A program made the position numbers and the translations under genes. The notes below the pieces were generated by a model. The model had not been told where the DNA came from. It made no database searches and worked only from the letters and a program-made list of their open reading frames with translations. Below, one piece after another: positions 62,001 through 64,000 of a DNA stretch of 64,000 nucleotides (its first letter is position 1; each line of letters opens with the position of its first letter). The DNA comes from Tubulanus polymorphus (taxonomy: Eukaryota; Animalia; Nemertea): positions 24,214,150-24,278,149 of the forward strand of contig NC_134026.1 in NCBI RefSeq assembly GCF_964204645.1, read 5' to 3'.

Positions 62001-64000
62001 TGTCTGACAACTTTTTTGTCATTGATAAGTCCGACCTATCTTTTCAAAGAGTGAACTAAATCTATACTTAGTATATAGCCGGTGCTGTTATGAACAAACA
62101 GAAACCTAAAATGAAGACCTCAGGTTAAAAACCCACTGAATCTGATTACGAATGAAAGTTGGATTATTTTTTATAACATCAATGAGGCATATAAGCACTA
62201 TCATGTTGATCCCACAGGCTCGAGCAATAGTGGTATTTTAAGTAAAAACAAATTCGCACTTTCACCTGGTGTTTTGGCTTTCGCACCAACTGAAACCATC
62301 AAAACCCTTCAATTACTTAGCAGCGTATCAGGTGTGACTACAAGTATAGTTAATGGTTTGAAGGGTTTACAGGCTCCCCTCTTCAAGTATCATTCAAACT
62401 GACATACACCAGTCCTACATCCCACGCTTTAAACATATCCACCACTTATCACCGAGATAAACCTCTTTCGTTCCCTTTCTACCCTCAGATCGACTGGGCT
62501 TTGTAGGTTCCGTATTCAAATATTACGCGTGTGTTTGTAATATATTTCAGATATGAAGCCAAATATATCGATCAAAAGTTCGTAGCGCAGTAATTTAACA
62601 ATTCTTGACAAAAATCGGATATGTCTCATTGATCATTTGAAGAATGATATTGACATAATCACATCTACATAGCTTTGAAGTGCCTCTACTTTTATAAAGT
62701 GGTAGTTTACGCTTGTGATGCCGAGGGAGTTGCTATTCCGAGAAAGATCACGCTAAAAACCCTACAGGCCTTAAACTGCTTATATGACAAACTAAAAACA
62801 TTTACAGATACAATCAGGCACTGTTATAAAATGCTGCGACAGATGATTCAGGAGGGCTACGGAACCATTTATTACTGACCAAGAAAATGACTGATGACCC
62901 AGCTTGCCACTAATCCTCTAGTGTAAAGCTGGAATATCATGCATAATCCGTGCCTCCCATTTATCTATCTAATGATAATCCAATGTCCAGCGCGGATGAC
63001 AAGATCTCACTGAGGGCCAACTCGGCTCATTTCGCGCAGATTAAATTGATTTGCCGGCGTCTTCGTCGAGCCAATAAAATGTCGGCGAAGCGAGTAGCGT
63101 AGTGGGATTATTAGGAGATTCGTGCGCCATATGCGATAAATGTTCTAGCACATGTTGGATATAGCAAGGAAGTATTTTTAGTAGCAGCACCGATATATCT
63201 GTACGAACCACGAAAATCATCGTATTATTTCTCATTAAAGATAAAGTAATAAATAATCCACGTATTCCAACTAACTACTTCAATGTAAAAATCAATTTGG
63301 CAAAAATTTCTGCTAATCGGATTTTACGCCTTTTTTCCTATGAACCGATGATATCGTATCTGCTGAGAAAAAAAGTCGAGATTATGCAGTAATGCGCAAT
63401 AGATACATACCACTAGATAACAAGACCTCCGAAGCTATAGGGATCCTCCTGGACCGATACATGATAAAGTACTTAATCTACACCAATACACATGATACAC
63501 AGATACCCCGGATAGTCAAGCGGAAAAATGCAGTGAAAGAAGATATTGGCAATGCGAAACATTCTCCGACAATCGTTTTGCTAATCTACTTATCCAGTAG
63601 TATGATGATGAGGGTATTGCTTACATGCAAGTATTTACACTGATAATCTCGAGTAGACCTGTCTAATGGCTTCCTAACATATCAGACCAGTAATTGAAAT
63701 GAACTGACTGGTATAACAACATTTACCTTTATCATGTTAGATTTCCCCGAGTAAATATCGCCTTGATGATTAAGTAAAGAAATGGCTGACTGTATAAATA
63801 AAATTCAACTAGGTTCAAGCACGGAAGGTGGAAACCTCTCTAATTCTAGTTAGTTCCTTCAGCGGTAAATCCACAAAATGTCCATACGATATTTATAAAC
63901 GATTTAAGTATTTCAATAATTATCTATAATCACTACATCAAATATACTTCAGTATTTTACTCCTTGTCCTAGGTTTCTCCTAATCTTTACCAATGCCTAT

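Noticed and set aside
59100-64000. Additional exons or nested genes in the distal AUTS2 intron
   Set aside because: Only short ORFs without motifs or paired splice sites were seen, so no call can be supported.

Overview
AT-rich, intron-rich animal genomic DNA. The short GT-AG introns, MITEs and gene content suggest a marine invertebrate, probably lophotrochozoan (inference). The left 25 kb holds a degenerate ~175-bp tandem array and a dense housekeeping block: SNRPG(-)/VCP(+) head-to-head, BABAM1(-)/TMEM259(+) head-to-head, a somewhat divergent UROD(+), and an uncharacterised 367-aa gene(-) head-to-head with ZCCHC8(+) with only 57 bp between start codons. The right part holds SETD6(-), which has unusually large CpG-rich introns and a putative 3-kb 3' UTR, and the 3' portion of a large AUTS2/fibrosin/tay-family gene(-) with many small frame-preserving exons. 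Points worth following up: two U12-type introns in ZCCHC8 (one AT-AC); an exact 84-bp copy of a ZCCHC8 coding segment inside an upstream intron; a possible hidden transcription unit or enhancer set inside SETD6; candidate intronic structured RNAs; a 174-bp foldback palindrome; and candidate paired microexons in AUTS2. There is no prokaryotic-type system (no CRISPR, no operon). Gene models were built by eye, so internal exon boundaries may be off by a few bases.
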